Shown: positions 25,962 through 39,186 of the stretch, piece after piece | Layout of the letters: each line of letters opens with the position of its first letter | Position numbering within the stretch: position 1 is the stretch's first letter | From: Squalus acanthias | Lineage: Eukaryota | Assembly (NCBI GenBank): GCA_030390025.1 | Contig: CM059438.1 | Span: 58,158,001 to 58,222,000 of the forward strand | Length of the DNA stretch: 64,000 nucleotides | Direction of reading: 5' to 3' | Notes under the pieces: model-generated | Databases searched by the model: none | Told to the model about the DNA's origin: nothing | What the model saw: only the letters and a program-made list of their open reading frames with translations | Made by a program: the position numbers and the translations under genes

Positions 25962-26344
25962 CCTGTGAATTATTACTTTGTGTAGTATTGAGTGAGTGAG
26001 TGAGCAGTATAGTCCTTTTCACTGTGGTCATATCAGCAATGTCATAGCAAAACCAGGTCCAACGCAAGACGTCTCATGGGTTCAAGTCATCTAACATTAA
26101 TAAAGATCAATGTAATTAGAAGATCCTCTTCAAATTCCTCCACGGCCTCCTCACCCTTCTCTATCTAACCTCCTCTGTACTGGGTGAAATAAACTATGAA
26201 TGAACAGGAGCAGCTGATGGTGGTAACCAGAGGAGGAAGACCTTGCTGAATGGTGGGTCAGGATGTGTAGCTGAAGAACCTGCATTTACAAGGATGATTC
26301 TGGCACAGCATTGAGCATTATGCAAGTATTGGAATTGTATCAGA

Positions 26345-27097
26345 TAAGAACATAAGAAATAGAAGCAGGAGTAGGCTATTTGGCCCTTTGAGCCTGCTCC
26401 GCCATTCAATAAGATCATGGCTGATCTTCTACCACAACTCCACTTTCCTGCACTATCCCCATATCCCTTGATTCCCTTAATATTCAAAAATCTATCGATC
26501 TCTGTCTTGAATATACTCAACAACTGAGCCTCCACAGCCCTCTGGGGTAGAGAATTCCAAAGATTCACCACCCTCTGAGTGAAGAATTTTCTCCTCATCT
26601 CAGTCCTAAATGGCTGACCCCTTATTCTGAGACTGTGACCCCTGGTTCTAAAATCCCCAACCAGGGGAAACATCCTCCCTGCATCTACCCTGTCGAGCCG
26701 TGTAAGAATTTTGTATGTTTCAATGAGATCACCTCTCATTCTTCTAAACTCTAGAGAATATAGGCCTAGTCTACTCAATCTCTCCTCATAGGACAACCCT
26801 CTCACCCCAGGAATCAGTCTGGTGAACCTTCATTGCATTCCCTCTATGGCAAGTATATCCTTCCTTAGGTAAGGAGACCAAAACTGTACACAATACTCCA
26901 GGTGTGGTCTCACCAGGGCCCTGTATAATTGCAGTAAGACGTCTTTACTCTTATACTCAAAACCTCTTGTAATAAAGGCCAACATACCATTTGCTTTCCT
27001 AATTGCTTGCTGTACCTGCATGTTAACTTTCAATTATTCGTGTACAAGGACACCCAGGTCCCTCTGAACACCAACATTTCCCAATCTCTCATCATTT
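26345..27097 (-). mobile_element. CR1 LINE 3' fragment
   Basis: LYRALVRPHLEYCVQFWSP, RRMRGDLIETYKIL; (tcttatgt)-type tail. Confidence 0.95.
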
Positions 27098-29560
27098 AGT
27101 GTGCTGCAGATGGGGTTCAGGCGGAGGACCATTTAACAACCCTGAGGTCCACCATGGAGCATGTGGCAGCTCCACAGACATCTGCTGTGGATGCTCCCAT
27201 TACAGAGTCCATGGATGTCCAGACTCCTGTTATCGAGGCCTTGGCTACCAAATTGGAAAGGGTTGTCTCTTGCAGTTTTATAGGCTTAGTGACCATTTGC
27301 AGGCGAGCATCACACAAGATCTCATTGGGACTATTAAATATGATTTCTGCCAGATCAATGCCAGATAGAGAGCCAGTATGCAGTGCTAGTGGCATGGCAG
27401 AAAGGCACTCCGATTGTGGCAAAAGTTTGTCATGAAAGCAGCACAAACATGCCCTTTCATCAGTTCCTTGGCTCATATCGACACATAACAGCCAACCACT
27501 CAGATAGCCCTAGGAGGAGCACTAGATTAGCGTTAACAAGTCACAGTTCACAAACTGATACCAAGGGGAAGCTTTTGGTAAGGAAGATTCAGCACAAACA
27601 CACATTGTAGGCTTTCATTGAAATATGATCGCACTAAAGTTGTCATACAGGCAGACACTGTTCTTGGCAAAGTTTGGAAGTGGCTTTCATCAGGTGGTAT
27701 GAATAAGAGTTGTGTTAGTTCATGTGCACAGAGAAGGGTTCTGTAGACGATGACACTTTTGTGGAGGGAAGATGTAGACAGGACTGTTAATACACTGGTC
27801 AGATGTGGAAGTGCAGGAGAGCAGTGTGAATATCTCTTGCAGCGAGAAACTGTCTCTCCCGCACATCCTCTTCAAGCTGCTGCTGCTCCTCTGCTAATTC
27901 CACTGCTGCCCTTGAGTGCCTTCCTTCTCAGGGACCTCAATAATAAGGCTTCATTATCAGGCGAGGTTGTGTGTAGCAAGCAACACACAACCATGCTATC
28001 CTGGACTCTATCGCAGGCTTCTCCAGATCAATCCAAGCACCTGAGGTGTGCATTCAACATGCCAGTAGTAATTCTGTTGGCTGCATGGACCATGATTCAG
28101 ATAGAAATGCTCAGCTCATACTATGTGATGCTGCACAGGTGTCATCAGGCACGGCTGCAGAGAATAGCCTTGGTCCCTCAGGAGCCAACCGTTGGACTGC
28201 TTTCTTGTTCTTTTTCATCTTGTTACTTTAAACGCCAGATTACACACACACTCAGTTGTAGCAATGCAGGATTAGTCTTTATTGAAACTTCATACCATCC
28301 ACAACCAGTATGAGCTGCTGCTGAGTCATCACACTTCACAATTCCAGTGTGAGCTCACAGGTCTTTTCATACATCACAAAACCAGTATGAGAGCTCAGGT
28401 CTTTCCATACTACACCATTCCAGTATGAGAGCAAGCTGCTAAAACACAGAATCCCTCGCAATCTTATACCATTCTTTACCTTTGATCACTACATTCCATG
28501 CATACTACTAATAAATCATAGTACATTAAAGATACATACAAATGACAACAGAATAACAGCATGAACTAAACAAACATGCACTTCCATGTGACCTGATTGC
28601 CGTCAAACACTTCCCATTCCCCTAAACACAAGTGACCAAGCTGACACATTCCAGACCATTACAGATATGGCTGAATGACTCTTTCACATTCTACTATTTT
28701 ACTTTCCTGTCAAGATTCCTTGCTTTAAAATTCCCTTACACAATTTACAACCCATGCTCAGCAGAAAGCTGTTTTAACGCGTCATGTGCTGGTCTCACAG
28801 ACAGCCCAGAAAGAACATTTGAGGTACCCAGGTAGTTTGAACTCTCATTCCCACACCACCCTGCGACTTTCCTTCTGAGCTGGAAGAATGCTAGCACAAT
28901 GGGTGGCCTTAAAATGAACACATCATGGCAGCTGTCAGGAGAATGAGCATTCACTTCCATGATGCAATGCTGCTGACCACGACCGAGCTGAACATTCAGA
29001 GCATGGAATCCTTTCCTATTGACATATGTGGTGGCATTGATCAAAGGAGCACATATGGCCATATCAGTACAACCTATCACTCCCTCGCAGCTTAGGGAAT
29101 CCTACCACTCTGTAATAGACACCTGGGATTTTCTTTATGTATCTCTACACAACTGATTAGCTAATGTTGGTGATGTCCCCAGCAGCAGTCTGGAATAACT
29201 CCATAGCATAAAAGTTCATAATTTTTGCAGCCACTGGCAGTGCAGTGCCCGAGGAGGAGATGTGTTGAAGGTCAGATTGCAGCCAGTGGCATAATTCGTA
29301 TGACATGGCTTCTTGTGTGAAGCACTGACTCGGTAAGCACTGCTGTCAGGACAGCTGGAAGTAGGAGGGCCTCAGTCTGTATATTCTTGGATGCTATCCA
29401 CTTCTGGTGTTGCCTGACCCAGCCTAGCATCTCTCTGTTGCTTCCTCCAAAAATAAACCCATTCTATCCCCTGTAGCATTGGGTTGTGGGAGTAAACGGC
29501 TGCTACATCACAAAAAACAGATAGTAAAGCAGTCTTCGATCACAAAAAAATCACCAAAAT
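27098..29560. mobile_element. Heavily decayed Harbinger fragments with an unrelated insert at ~28240-28850
   Basis: YVNRKGFHALNVQL...PDSCHDVFIL on minus strand; accessory-gene-like sequence on plus strand. Confidence 0.65.
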
Positions 29561-29796
29561 AACTCGAGAAATAAGCTTTCTGTAAATCCTGCTGGGCTCT
29601 TTAAATCCACTTCTTGGGAAATTTAAACATCCTAAATACACTGAACGATGTGTACTCAAAGAAAACTCAGTCAGTGCATGGCGGAACAGGCTCGATGGGC
29701 TGAATGGCGTACTCCTGTTCCTAGGTATGAATAAATCTCCCTGGGGAGCTGACATTCTCAGAATGTGAAATTTAATCTTCACCTGTTAAAATTAAT

Positions 29797-30130
29797 GGGG
29801 GAGAAATTGGTCTCCTTTGCGCCTCCTGTTAGGGCCTCCGGGGGTCGATAACGGGGCGCTAAGGGCTTACCGACCGGGCGCGGTGGAATTACCGACGCCC
29901 GCGAACTTCCATGGCGGGTTAGCGCTGCCGCTAAAACCAACCGCCTCGATCTCCTGCGCCCTGGAGATCGTGACGTCATCCGGTGCGCAACACCCCGTTA
30001 TCGCCCCGAATGTAAAATCCACTTCCGCCCCCTGCAGCATCGCCAGGCGTCAACAATGGCAGCAGCAGGAGGTGTTGTGACCTCGGCTGGTTGCTTGGGG
30101 AGCGCTAATTAAAGGCACTGATGGTCAGGT
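29797..30130. mobile_element. GC-rich Harbinger-type terminal fragment/MITE
   Basis: Starts gggggagaaattgg, resembling the reverse complement of the 2560-2631 terminus. Confidence 0.55.
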
Positions 30131-31292
30131 AGACCATCATGTGCTGTATTTTGATTTTTTTCACATTTATACCACAGGTCGGGACTGGAAACTGTCAACA
30201 TTTTTCACTTATCCATGCTTGAAAAGTCATCAAAATAAGTTTGTTCTTATCAGTTATGTTTAAAATGTTGTAAAAGTAGAATTTATCACAGGTTACCTCA
30301 GCAGTCAGCAGCTACATGCCCTCTCAGAAACATGTATTTAGCTCCACTCTATTTCATGTACAGCAACATCCGCAAACGTTCGCAACCTATTTGCTATTGA
30401 GTTACACAAGATTGCATCCAATCACAATACACAAGCTTTTATTACCTGGTACAGGAGGAGGTGGACATAGAGAGAGAGAAAGACAGAGAAAGAGAGATGG
30501 AGCTCAGCATCAGAAGAAAGACAGACTTAGAATTTCCTTTTATATCTATATGTTAGACCATGTTATAGACTGTAAACTCTACCATGACAGTATGTAAAAT
30601 GGTTTACTTCCTCTGCAGCCCCTATAGCTTGCAGATGTCTGAATGCTATCTATGATAGCTTTCTTCTCTTTATTTAGCCTCTTACATAGAAGTACATAGA
30701 CATGCCAACACAGAAACAGACCATTAAGCCCAGCCAGTCCATGTTGGTGTTCAGCTCCACATGAGAATCAGTCCCAATCCCATGTGCCTGCCCTGTGCCC
30801 TTTGGAATTGAATTACAGATTAGTCATGATCTAATAAAGTAGCGGAGCAGACTCGAGAGGCTGAATGTTCTACTCCTGTTCCTATGTTCTCAGTCTCATG
30901 TGTTTCTGTTGAGCCTGTTCATCTCATTGTAATACTAGTTATTAGCATCTCACTATTATACACGATAGCTCCTAGCACATATATATATATATATATTTCA
31001 CTGCCCACTGTTATGCAATAAATAAAATGGTAATAAACTTCTGTCAGTCATGTGACTGATAAAACCTGCATTGCAGGGTTGGCTTTTCGAATGCCCACTC
31101 TGGGGGTTAAGCCTTGGAGCTCACATCAAGAAATTGCTGGGTGTGCTCCCCATGATATTTTTTCTGTAAAACCATTGGGGTTTCCTGATATGCACGCCCA
31201 TCGGAGTGAGAAGCATGTTGTCGGCTCTGTAAGCTGCTTTCACTGATATAATCATCCTGCAGTTGTATATAATCTTGTTCAGTTGTATATAA

Positions 31293-31775
31293 TCAGCTCC
31301 AACAACACTCAAGAAGCTCGACACCATCCAGGACAAAGCAGCCCGCTTGATTGGCACCCCATCCACCACCTTAAACATTCACTCCCTCCACCACTGGCGT
31401 ATCGTGGCTGCAGTGTGCACCATCTACAAGATGCACTGCAGCAACTTGTCAAGGAATCTTCGGCAGCACCTCCCAAACCCGCGACCTCTTCCACCTAGAA
31501 GGACAAGGGCAGCAGGCGCATGGGAACACCACCACCTCCAAGTTCCCCTCCAAGTCACACACCAACCTGACTTGGAAGTATATCGCCGATCCTTCATCGT
31601 CGCTGGGTCAAAATCCTGGAACTCCCTCCCTAACAGCACTGTGGGAGTACCTTCACCACACGGACTGCAGTGGTTCAAGAAGCTGGCTCACCACCACCTT
31701 CTCAAGGGCAATTAGGGATGGGCAACAAATGCTGGCCTTGCCAGCGACACCCACATCCCATAAATGATTTTTAAA
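31293..31775 (+). mobile_element. 3' fragment of a CR1/L2-group LINE (same family as 41947-44397)
   Basis: LNIHSLHHWR...SFIVAGSKSWNSLP; tail gcaattagggatgggcaa. Confidence 0.85.
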
Positions 31776-32029
31776 AAAGTTACATCATCCCACAACACAA
31801 GAGCTTGGAGAAGCCCTGGGCAAGGAATATCCATGGGAACCACTGAACCAAACTATATACATTACAGAATGAGAGGACATTAAGGGCACTAATAAAGACC
31901 CTTATCACAGAACTTGAAGACTGGTTTCCAAATGATGTCAAACATTCATCAACAGAAAGCACATCATTTAAAAGGGACTGTGAAAAGTATTTGAAAGGTG
32001 CCTGGGAGCTTTTAATTCGTTCACTTTTA

Positions 32030-33180
32030 TGCCCACCAAGAAATACATGGTGGGAACACTCAGAAAGCAGTCTGAAGCAACAATATTTAAAGGGATCCCC
32101 ACCTCCACTGCTGGGAATATTTTGAGCCATTTTTTTGGCTGTTTTTACAGAGTTTTGGCAGTTTTTGATACAACTGAAATGTTGGCGATCCAACTCTTGG
32201 TTGCAGCTGCACTATTTGACTTCATTTGTTGCAGGAGTACTGGGAAAGATGGGAACATTGCTGGGATTTACCATTGAGGCTGTCACAGGAATGACAATAG
32301 CAGCAACACAAACCTGTGGAGGCTCAAAGAAGACGGCGAAGGAGGCAAGGGCCAAGGAGGCGTTACAGCTTACAGGTGTCCACAACAGGGTGTCTTACCT
32401 TAACATGTCTGAGAAGCAGTATATCAGGAGGCTGCGCTTCAGCAGGCAGGCAGTTACTGACCTCTGTCACCTGTTGGAGCCAAACACCAGGGCACACACA
32501 GTACTGCCTGTGGCTGTAAAGGTAACAGTGACTCTCAACTTCTATGCCACAGGCTCGTTCCAGGCTGCAACAGGTGACATCAGCATCAGGTTGCTGTCCA
32601 TATGGCCATCAAGCAGGTGACAGATGTCCCCTTCGCGAGGAGACAGCAATATGTCACTTTCCCAATGCAGGCTGCTCATCAGGAGGAGAGAGCTCTCGGA
32701 TTTCCCCACATTGCTCGATTTCCCCAGGTACAAGGTTTCACTGACTGCACACACGTTGCCCTGTGTTCTCCTCACCACAAACCAGCTATGTTTTATAACA
32801 GGAAGTGTTCCACTCCCTGAAAGTTCAGCTGGTCTGTGACCACAGGCAGGGAATAATGCAAGTCTCTGCCCAGTTTACTGGCAGTAATTATGATGCCTTA
32901 ATACTGTGCCAGTCCTCAATAGCCCCTGTCTCCCCTCTACACCTGGCTCCTGGCTCCTGTCAGGAACTCAGGCATAGACACATAGTGCCAATACAATGAG
33001 AACCACACTTAAACCAAAGCTCTCATTGAGCAAACCATAGGCGTCTGGTGCCTGGACCGATCTGATGGCGTCCTGCAGTACAGCCCCCGTGAGTCTCCAG
33101 ATTTGTAGTGGTTTGCTGCATGCTACACAACTATGCCATTCAGAGGGGCCAAGCTGCAGGAGGAAGAAGTGCGTGAGAAT
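32030..33180 (+). mobile_element. Decayed Harbinger transposase
   Basis: LPVAVKVTVTLNFYATGSFQ, FPQVQGFTDCTHVAL, FHSLKVQLVCDH. Confidence 0.85.
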
Positions 33181-33336
33181 CTCTACCCTAGATACTCACT
33201 CCAACCATAGCACACATGTTAAAGCACAGGTGCACATTGCAAGTCATGCGGACACATTCCAAGCCAAAGTTACACTTTCCACAACACAGAGGCATGTTAC
33301 AAACCACATTTATAGATTCAATACCACAGTAAACAT

Positions 33337-33992
33337 TCCGAACCACAGCCCATACTCCGAACCGCAGCCCATACTCCGAACCACAGTCCATACTCCGAAC
33401 CACAGCCCATACTCCGAACCGCAGTCCATACTCCGAACCACAGCCCATACTCCGAACCGCAGCCCATACTCCGAACCGCAGCCCATACTCCGAACCACAG
33501 TCCATACTCCGAACCACAGCCCATACTCCGAACCGCAGTCCATACTCCGAACCGCAGTCCATACTCCGAACCACAGTCCATACTCCGAACCACAGTCCAT
33601 ACTCCGAACCGCAGTCCATACTCCGAACCACAGCCCATACTCCGAACCGCAGTCAATACTCCGAACCGCAGTCCATACTCCGAACCGCAGCCCATACTCC
33701 GAACCGCAGCCCATACTCCGAACCGCAGCCCATACTCCGAACCACAGCCCATACTCCGAACCACAGCCCATACTCCGAACCACAGCCCATACTCCGAACC
33801 ACAGCCCATACTCCGAACCGCAGCCCATACTCCGAACCGCAGCCCATACTCCGAACCGCAGTCCATACTCCGAACCGCAGTCCATACTCCGAACCACAGT
33901 CCATACTCCGAACCACAGCCCATACTCCGAACCACAGCCCATACTCCGAACCACAGCCCATACTCCGAACCGCAGCCCATACTCCGAACCAC
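33337..33992. repeat. 19-bp minisatellite (tactccgaaccRcagYcca)n, about 34 units
   Basis: Visible tandem array; stop-free ORFs with 19-aa period. Confidence 0.97.
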
Positions 33993-34012
33993 AATACACG
34001 TTCCAAATCATA

Positions 34013-34107
34013 AGTGCACATTCTATATCACAGTGCACATTCTATATCACAGTGCACATTCTATATCACAGTGCACATTCTATATCACAGTGCACATTCT
34101 ATATCAC
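34013..34107. repeat. 19-bp tandem repeat (agtgcacattctatatcac) x5
   Basis: Visible tandem array. Confidence 0.95.
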
Positions 34108-34152
34108 TCTCCAATGTACAAAACCCTATCCTTCTGCTGCCAACTTCCCACC

Positions 34153-34435
34153 CGAGTGGCTCAGTTGGTAACTGAGCCATACAAATCATGAAGACTCCTG
34201 GTTCTGCCCCGATCTGTGCTAGGTTAGCTGATCGCAACTGGGACACTGCTGTAGGGCACAAGAATTGGCCTCAGTGTCAGGTGGGCTAGGGAAAGGAACC
34301 ATTAGCCACTGTTTCTGCTCTTAGATTAAATCCAGCAACCCCTGCTGGAAATGACCCATGTGCGAATGTCAGGTAAAATAGGATCAGGATTGGCTGGAAT
34401 GCCCCTTGTGGTCAGGTAGCCGACCTACATTCACT
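34153..34435 (+). mobile_element. Decayed tRNA-derived SINE
   Basis: gtggctcagttgg A-box start; degenerate B box. Confidence 0.55.
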
Positions 34436-34442
34436 CTTGCAG

Positions 34443-34870
34443 GTGTCAGCCATGGCTCAGAGGTAGCACTCTCGCCTCTAAGTCAGAAGGTCGTGGGCTC
34501 AAGCCCCATTCTAGAGAGTTGAGCACGTAATCTGGCTGACACTGGTGCAGTACTGAGAGATTACTGTCATGGGAAGCTCTCTTTCAGATCAGATATTAAA
34601 CCGAGGACACATCTACTCTCTCAGATGGATGTAAAAGATCCCACAGCACTATTCAAAAAGGAATGGGGAGTTCTCCCAGTGTTCTGACCAACATTTATCC
34701 CTCAACTAACAGCACTAAAATAAATTAACATTGCTGTTTGTGGGACCTTGCTGTGTGCAAATTGGCTACTGCATTTCTCTACATTACAACAGTAATTACA
34801 CCTCATTGGCTGTGAAGCATTTTGGGATGTCCTGAGGTCATGAAAGGCGCTATGTAAATCTTTCTTTCTC
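34443..34870 (+). mobile_element. DeuSINE/SacSINE1-like SINE
   Basis: Homologous to 4970-5385. Confidence 0.8.
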
Positions 34871-36022
34871 TGTTGAGTTGCAAATAAAGAATAGCCAGTT
34901 GGGGAGGTATTAGAACGCTGGCAGCACCACATCCCAACAAGAGTCAGGGCCTTCAAGGGAGAAGAATGTACTTAAAAGGTAGTGGTTTAACTGCTATGGA
35001 TCCCAATTGCGCACATCAAACTCTGCATGTTTCCCAAACAGGGGAACAGGAACTCTTGATGAAACCGCAGCAGCTGTAGAGTGAGTTTCTTTGCTGGAAA
35101 ATCCTATCTTCTCCGAGCAAGTCTTATCTCTGAATTTTCTGTGGACCGAGGAATCTTCACCCAGGCTGCAAATGTTTTGGGCTTTGGACTAAAGGTGACA
35201 AAACAGAGAGTAAGTACAGCGGCAAACCTCTCACTACAAAAGTTGTTCCTTGGCCATTAGGAGGAACTATATGAAGAAATCGACATTTCCCCTTTGACGA
35301 CAGAGTGAGTGCTATCAGAAAGCACATGAGTGTCCATCAGATTTTATATTTCATTTTTAAAACTAAATATGATTAATTTCCCAAATGGCCACTACAGCAG
35401 GAATCCTGCAAACCAACACTTCACCCCCGCCCCCTCCGCCCCCCAACTCTCCCACCACTGACCTCCACCAAATGGTCAAAGTGCCAAACAAGGGCCACTG
35501 CAACAAGACCACCATAAACCACCACATAGTCTACATTCCAAACATTTCTGAGCCATACTTCAGCAGAAGTCTTACATCTCTCCATATACTCAATTTTCCA
35601 AATGGCTATCAAGGCCTGTTACAGCAGTACTCCTCTTTAATCCCACAGATAGTCAACTTCACAAATGAACCAGGACAACCTGATAACATTTCCTGACCCA
35701 ATCTTCTCAAAACAGAAATCATTTAAGTGCTCAAAATCACAGAGAAACAGTCACCTACCTTTTGGGTGCTCTTGACGACCATTCCCGAAATCACAGGCGT
35801 GGCATCACAGGGTTCTCATTACAGCATCACTCGAATGTTAAAGGGTCTGTTCAGCACCCAACAGGAAAATGCCCATTTGAGTACGGTTCCAAGTCAGGCA
35901 CTTTAGTGCCCAACTACACACTCCCTTTTAGTATCTCTGCCCCACTTGGAGGGAATAGAGGCCACTGAGTCAGTCAATGCAATACATCAGTGCTTCGATC
36001 ATGAACTTTGTATCACATTACG

Positions 36023-36320
36023 TAGGATAACATAGGTTATACGGCACAGAAACAGGCCATTCGGCCCAACCAGTCCATGCCAGCATTTATGCTCCACTCG
36101 AGCCTCCTCCCATCTTTCCGCATCTAAATCTATCAGCATAACCCTCTATTCCCTTCTCCCTCATATGCTTATCTAGCCTCCCCTTAAATGCATCTATACT
36201 ATTCGCTTCAACCACTCTCTGTGGTAGCGAGTTCCACATTCTCACCACACTTTGGGTAAAGAAGTTTCTTCTGAATTCCCTATTGGATTTCTTGAATTCC
36301 TTATTGGATTTCTTATGGAA
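36023..36320 (-). mobile_element. CR1-related 3'-tail fragment (LINE end or CR1-mobilised SINE)
   Basis: RRNFFTQSVVRMWNSLPQ; inverted relative to copies at 39325-39563 and 60390-60670. Confidence 0.8.
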
Positions 36321-36540
36321 ATATACATTAGACTTAAACATATAAGGGAAGGGGACAAACTACACTTTAGCCAGGATTTAAAACCAATGCAATTCCATCC
36401 CTGACAAGATTTCATTCAGACCAATTCTTTTGAAAAATGGGCATGAACTCATTAAAACAACTTAGGTTCTAAACTTGTTGTAAAAGAAGCAATCTGATGC
36501 ACTTGGTGGCCAAATCCAAACCTATGAAAGGAGTTCGATG

Positions 36541-38568
36541 CGGTGCAGAACATACAGAGTGCCCAGTGCCGGGGGCAGGACATACACAGTGCCCAGTGCA
36601 GGGGGCAGAACATACAGAGTGCCCAGTGCAGGGGGCAGGACATATACAGAGTGTCCAGTGCAGGGGGCAGGACATATACAGAGTGCCCAGTGCAGGGGGC
36701 AGGACATATATAGAGTGTCCAGTGCAGGGGGCAGGACATATACAGAGTGCCCAGTGCAGGGGGCAGGACATATACAGAGTGCCCAGTGCAGGGGGCAGGA
36801 CATATGCAGAGTGCCCAGTGCAGGGGGCAGGACATATACAGAGTGCCCAGTGCAGGGGGCAGGACATATACAGAGTGCCCAGTGCAGGGGGCAGGACATA
36901 TACAGAGTGCCCAGTGCAGGGGGCAGGACATATACAGAGTGCACAGTGCAGGGGGCAGGACATATACAGAGTGCCCAGTGCAGGGGGCAGGACATATATA
37001 GAGTGTCCAGTGCAGGGGGCAGGACATATACAGAGGGCCAGAAATTCGGCTGTTGTCGGGTGAGTACGCGCTGTGTACTCACCCGTAAGGCCATCTGAAG
37101 AGCCGGTTTCCTGCATGCACTGCACATGCGCGGGAAACCGGAACTTCTGTTCCCCTGAAGGGAGAGGTTCAGAAGTCGAACACGTGCGCGGGAGAGGCTG
37201 CGCGCACGCAGCAAACTTCGGGGTTTTTTTCAGGTTTTTCCGGGAAGGTAAGTATGGAGAAGCTGCGCTTTTAAAAAGGAGGCGCAAGGCCTGTTTTTAA
37301 CAAGGTAAGTGGTTAATTAATTACAATTTAAACATTTTTTCAACAGGTTTATCTTTTTTAGATACTTTAAAGAAAGGTAAGTTTATTTTTAGCACCGTTA
37401 AAAAGTATAATTAATTTTTTCAAAAATTTACATTTTTGTTTAAAGTAGTTAATTTATTTAACTTATAGTTATTTTAAAAATGTGATGTTTTTTTCCCAAT
37501 TTATTTGAAGTCTAAGTGTGGTTTTTGGGCCGATCTCTATTCATAGATTTGACAGGTCTTCCTGTCAAATCTATGAATGAAAATGCCCTGCTAGGATAGG
37601 CTCTCCATGGCCCACGTGATCCCAGGGGACGCTTCAAACTAACTGCGCCCCTGGGATACGCAAGCACTGCACGCCGGCGGCTGGAGGAGGCCCAGGACCC
37701 GAAGTCCTCGTGGGCCCAAAGCACAACTGCAGGCGCGGTAGGCAAGTACGTGCGTGATGCTTGCACCCACAGGAAGCCGGAAAGCCGAATTTCTGGCCCA
37801 TTGTGTCCAGTGCAGGGGAAGAACATATACAGAGTGTCCAGTGCAAGGGGGAAGAACATATACAGAGTGCCCAGTGTAGGGGGCAGGACATATACAGAGT
37901 GTCCAGTGCAGGGGACAGGACATATACAGAGTGTCCAGTGTAGGGGGAAGAACATATACAGAGTGTCCAGTGCAGGGGGAAGAACATATACAGAGTGATC
38001 AGTGCAGGGGGCCGGAACATATACAGAGTGCACAGTGCAGGGGGCAGGACATATACAGAGTGCACAGTGCAGGGGGGAGAACATATACAGAGTGCACAGT
38101 GCAGGGGGCAGGACATATACAGAGTGCACAGTGCAGGGGGGAGAACATATACAGAGTGCACAGGTGTCAGGGGGCAGGACATATACAGAGTGCACAGTGC
38201 AGAGGGCAGGACATATACAGAGTGTCCAGTGCAGGGGGCAGGACATATACAGAGTGTACAGTGCAGGGGGCAGGACATATACAGAGTGCACAGTGCAGGG
38301 GGCAGGACATATACAGAGTGCACAGTGCAGGGGGCAGGACATATACAGAGTGTACAGTGCAGGGGGCAGGACATATACAGAGTGCACAGTGCAGGGGGCA
38401 GGACATATACAGAGTGCACAGTGCAGGGGGCAGGACATATACAGAGTGCACAGTGCAGGGGGCAGGACATATACAGAGTGCACAGTGCAGGGGGCAGGAC
38501 ATATACAGAGTGCACAGTGCAGAGGGCAGGACATATACAGAGTGCACAGTGCAGGGGGCAGGACATAT
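36541..38568. repeat. 32-bp minisatellite (cagagtgcMcagtgcagggggcaggacatata)n, left blocks, interrupted by a MITE
   Basis: Visible tandem array. Confidence 0.97.
37035..37799. mobile_element. 765-bp Harbinger-type MITE
   Basis: Perfect 17-bp TIR gggccagaaattcggct / agccgaatttctggccc; internally similar to 61926-62669. Confidence 0.9.
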
Positions 38569-39186
38569 AAAGGCCTAGTAATTCGATAGCCCCGAAAACT
38601 GGTGTGGGGCTTGTGATGCGACAGGTACCCATGGCCATTTGGAGGACTGCAGGCAATATGTAAAATTCGTGCTGCCTGCTACTTTGCATGATTGTGGTGT
38701 TTCTGAGTGGCTGAATGCTCAGCAGGGGGCCCAAGTTTGTGTGAGGCTAGCTCCAATTAAAGCTTGCCTGCACAACTTAAAGGCAGTCTTAAAGTGGAGG
38801 TGCCTTCTGGCTGCAACAGGTGGTGGAAGTGATTGTGAAGGCAGCTATCAGAGACACAACATTGAGTAATTGCTCAGCAGAACAGAGATTCTTTGATGCA
38901 ACACTGGAGGCATTGGTCCAGGAGGTCAACTCCAGGATGGAGGTCCTCTTCCTACAGGGGGCCGGGAGGCCCTCCAGGCAACACACGAGAGTGCAGTGGG
39001 AGCCGATAGCCAATGTGGTCAAAACCAGCAGTATAGCCCCAAGGACCTGGACACTGTGCAGGAAGAAGTTTAATGACCTCACATGCGTTGTCAAGTCAGT
39101 GAATTAATCTCCATCTGCACCACTAGCCTCACACACTGCTCAATGCACCACACCCACATCACTCACCTACCAATGATCTCTACCAA

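Noticed and set aside
28257..28854. Solo LTR (TG...CA ends, ~38-bp internal repeats)
   Set aside because: No target-site duplication or second copy visible; unsupported
33065..34171. 368-aa and overlapping repetitive ORFs
   Set aside because: Artefacts of a stop-free 19-bp minisatellite, open on both strands
36452..38734. Cys-rich repetitive ORFs (also 52429-53683)
   Set aside because: Translations of the 32-bp minisatellite
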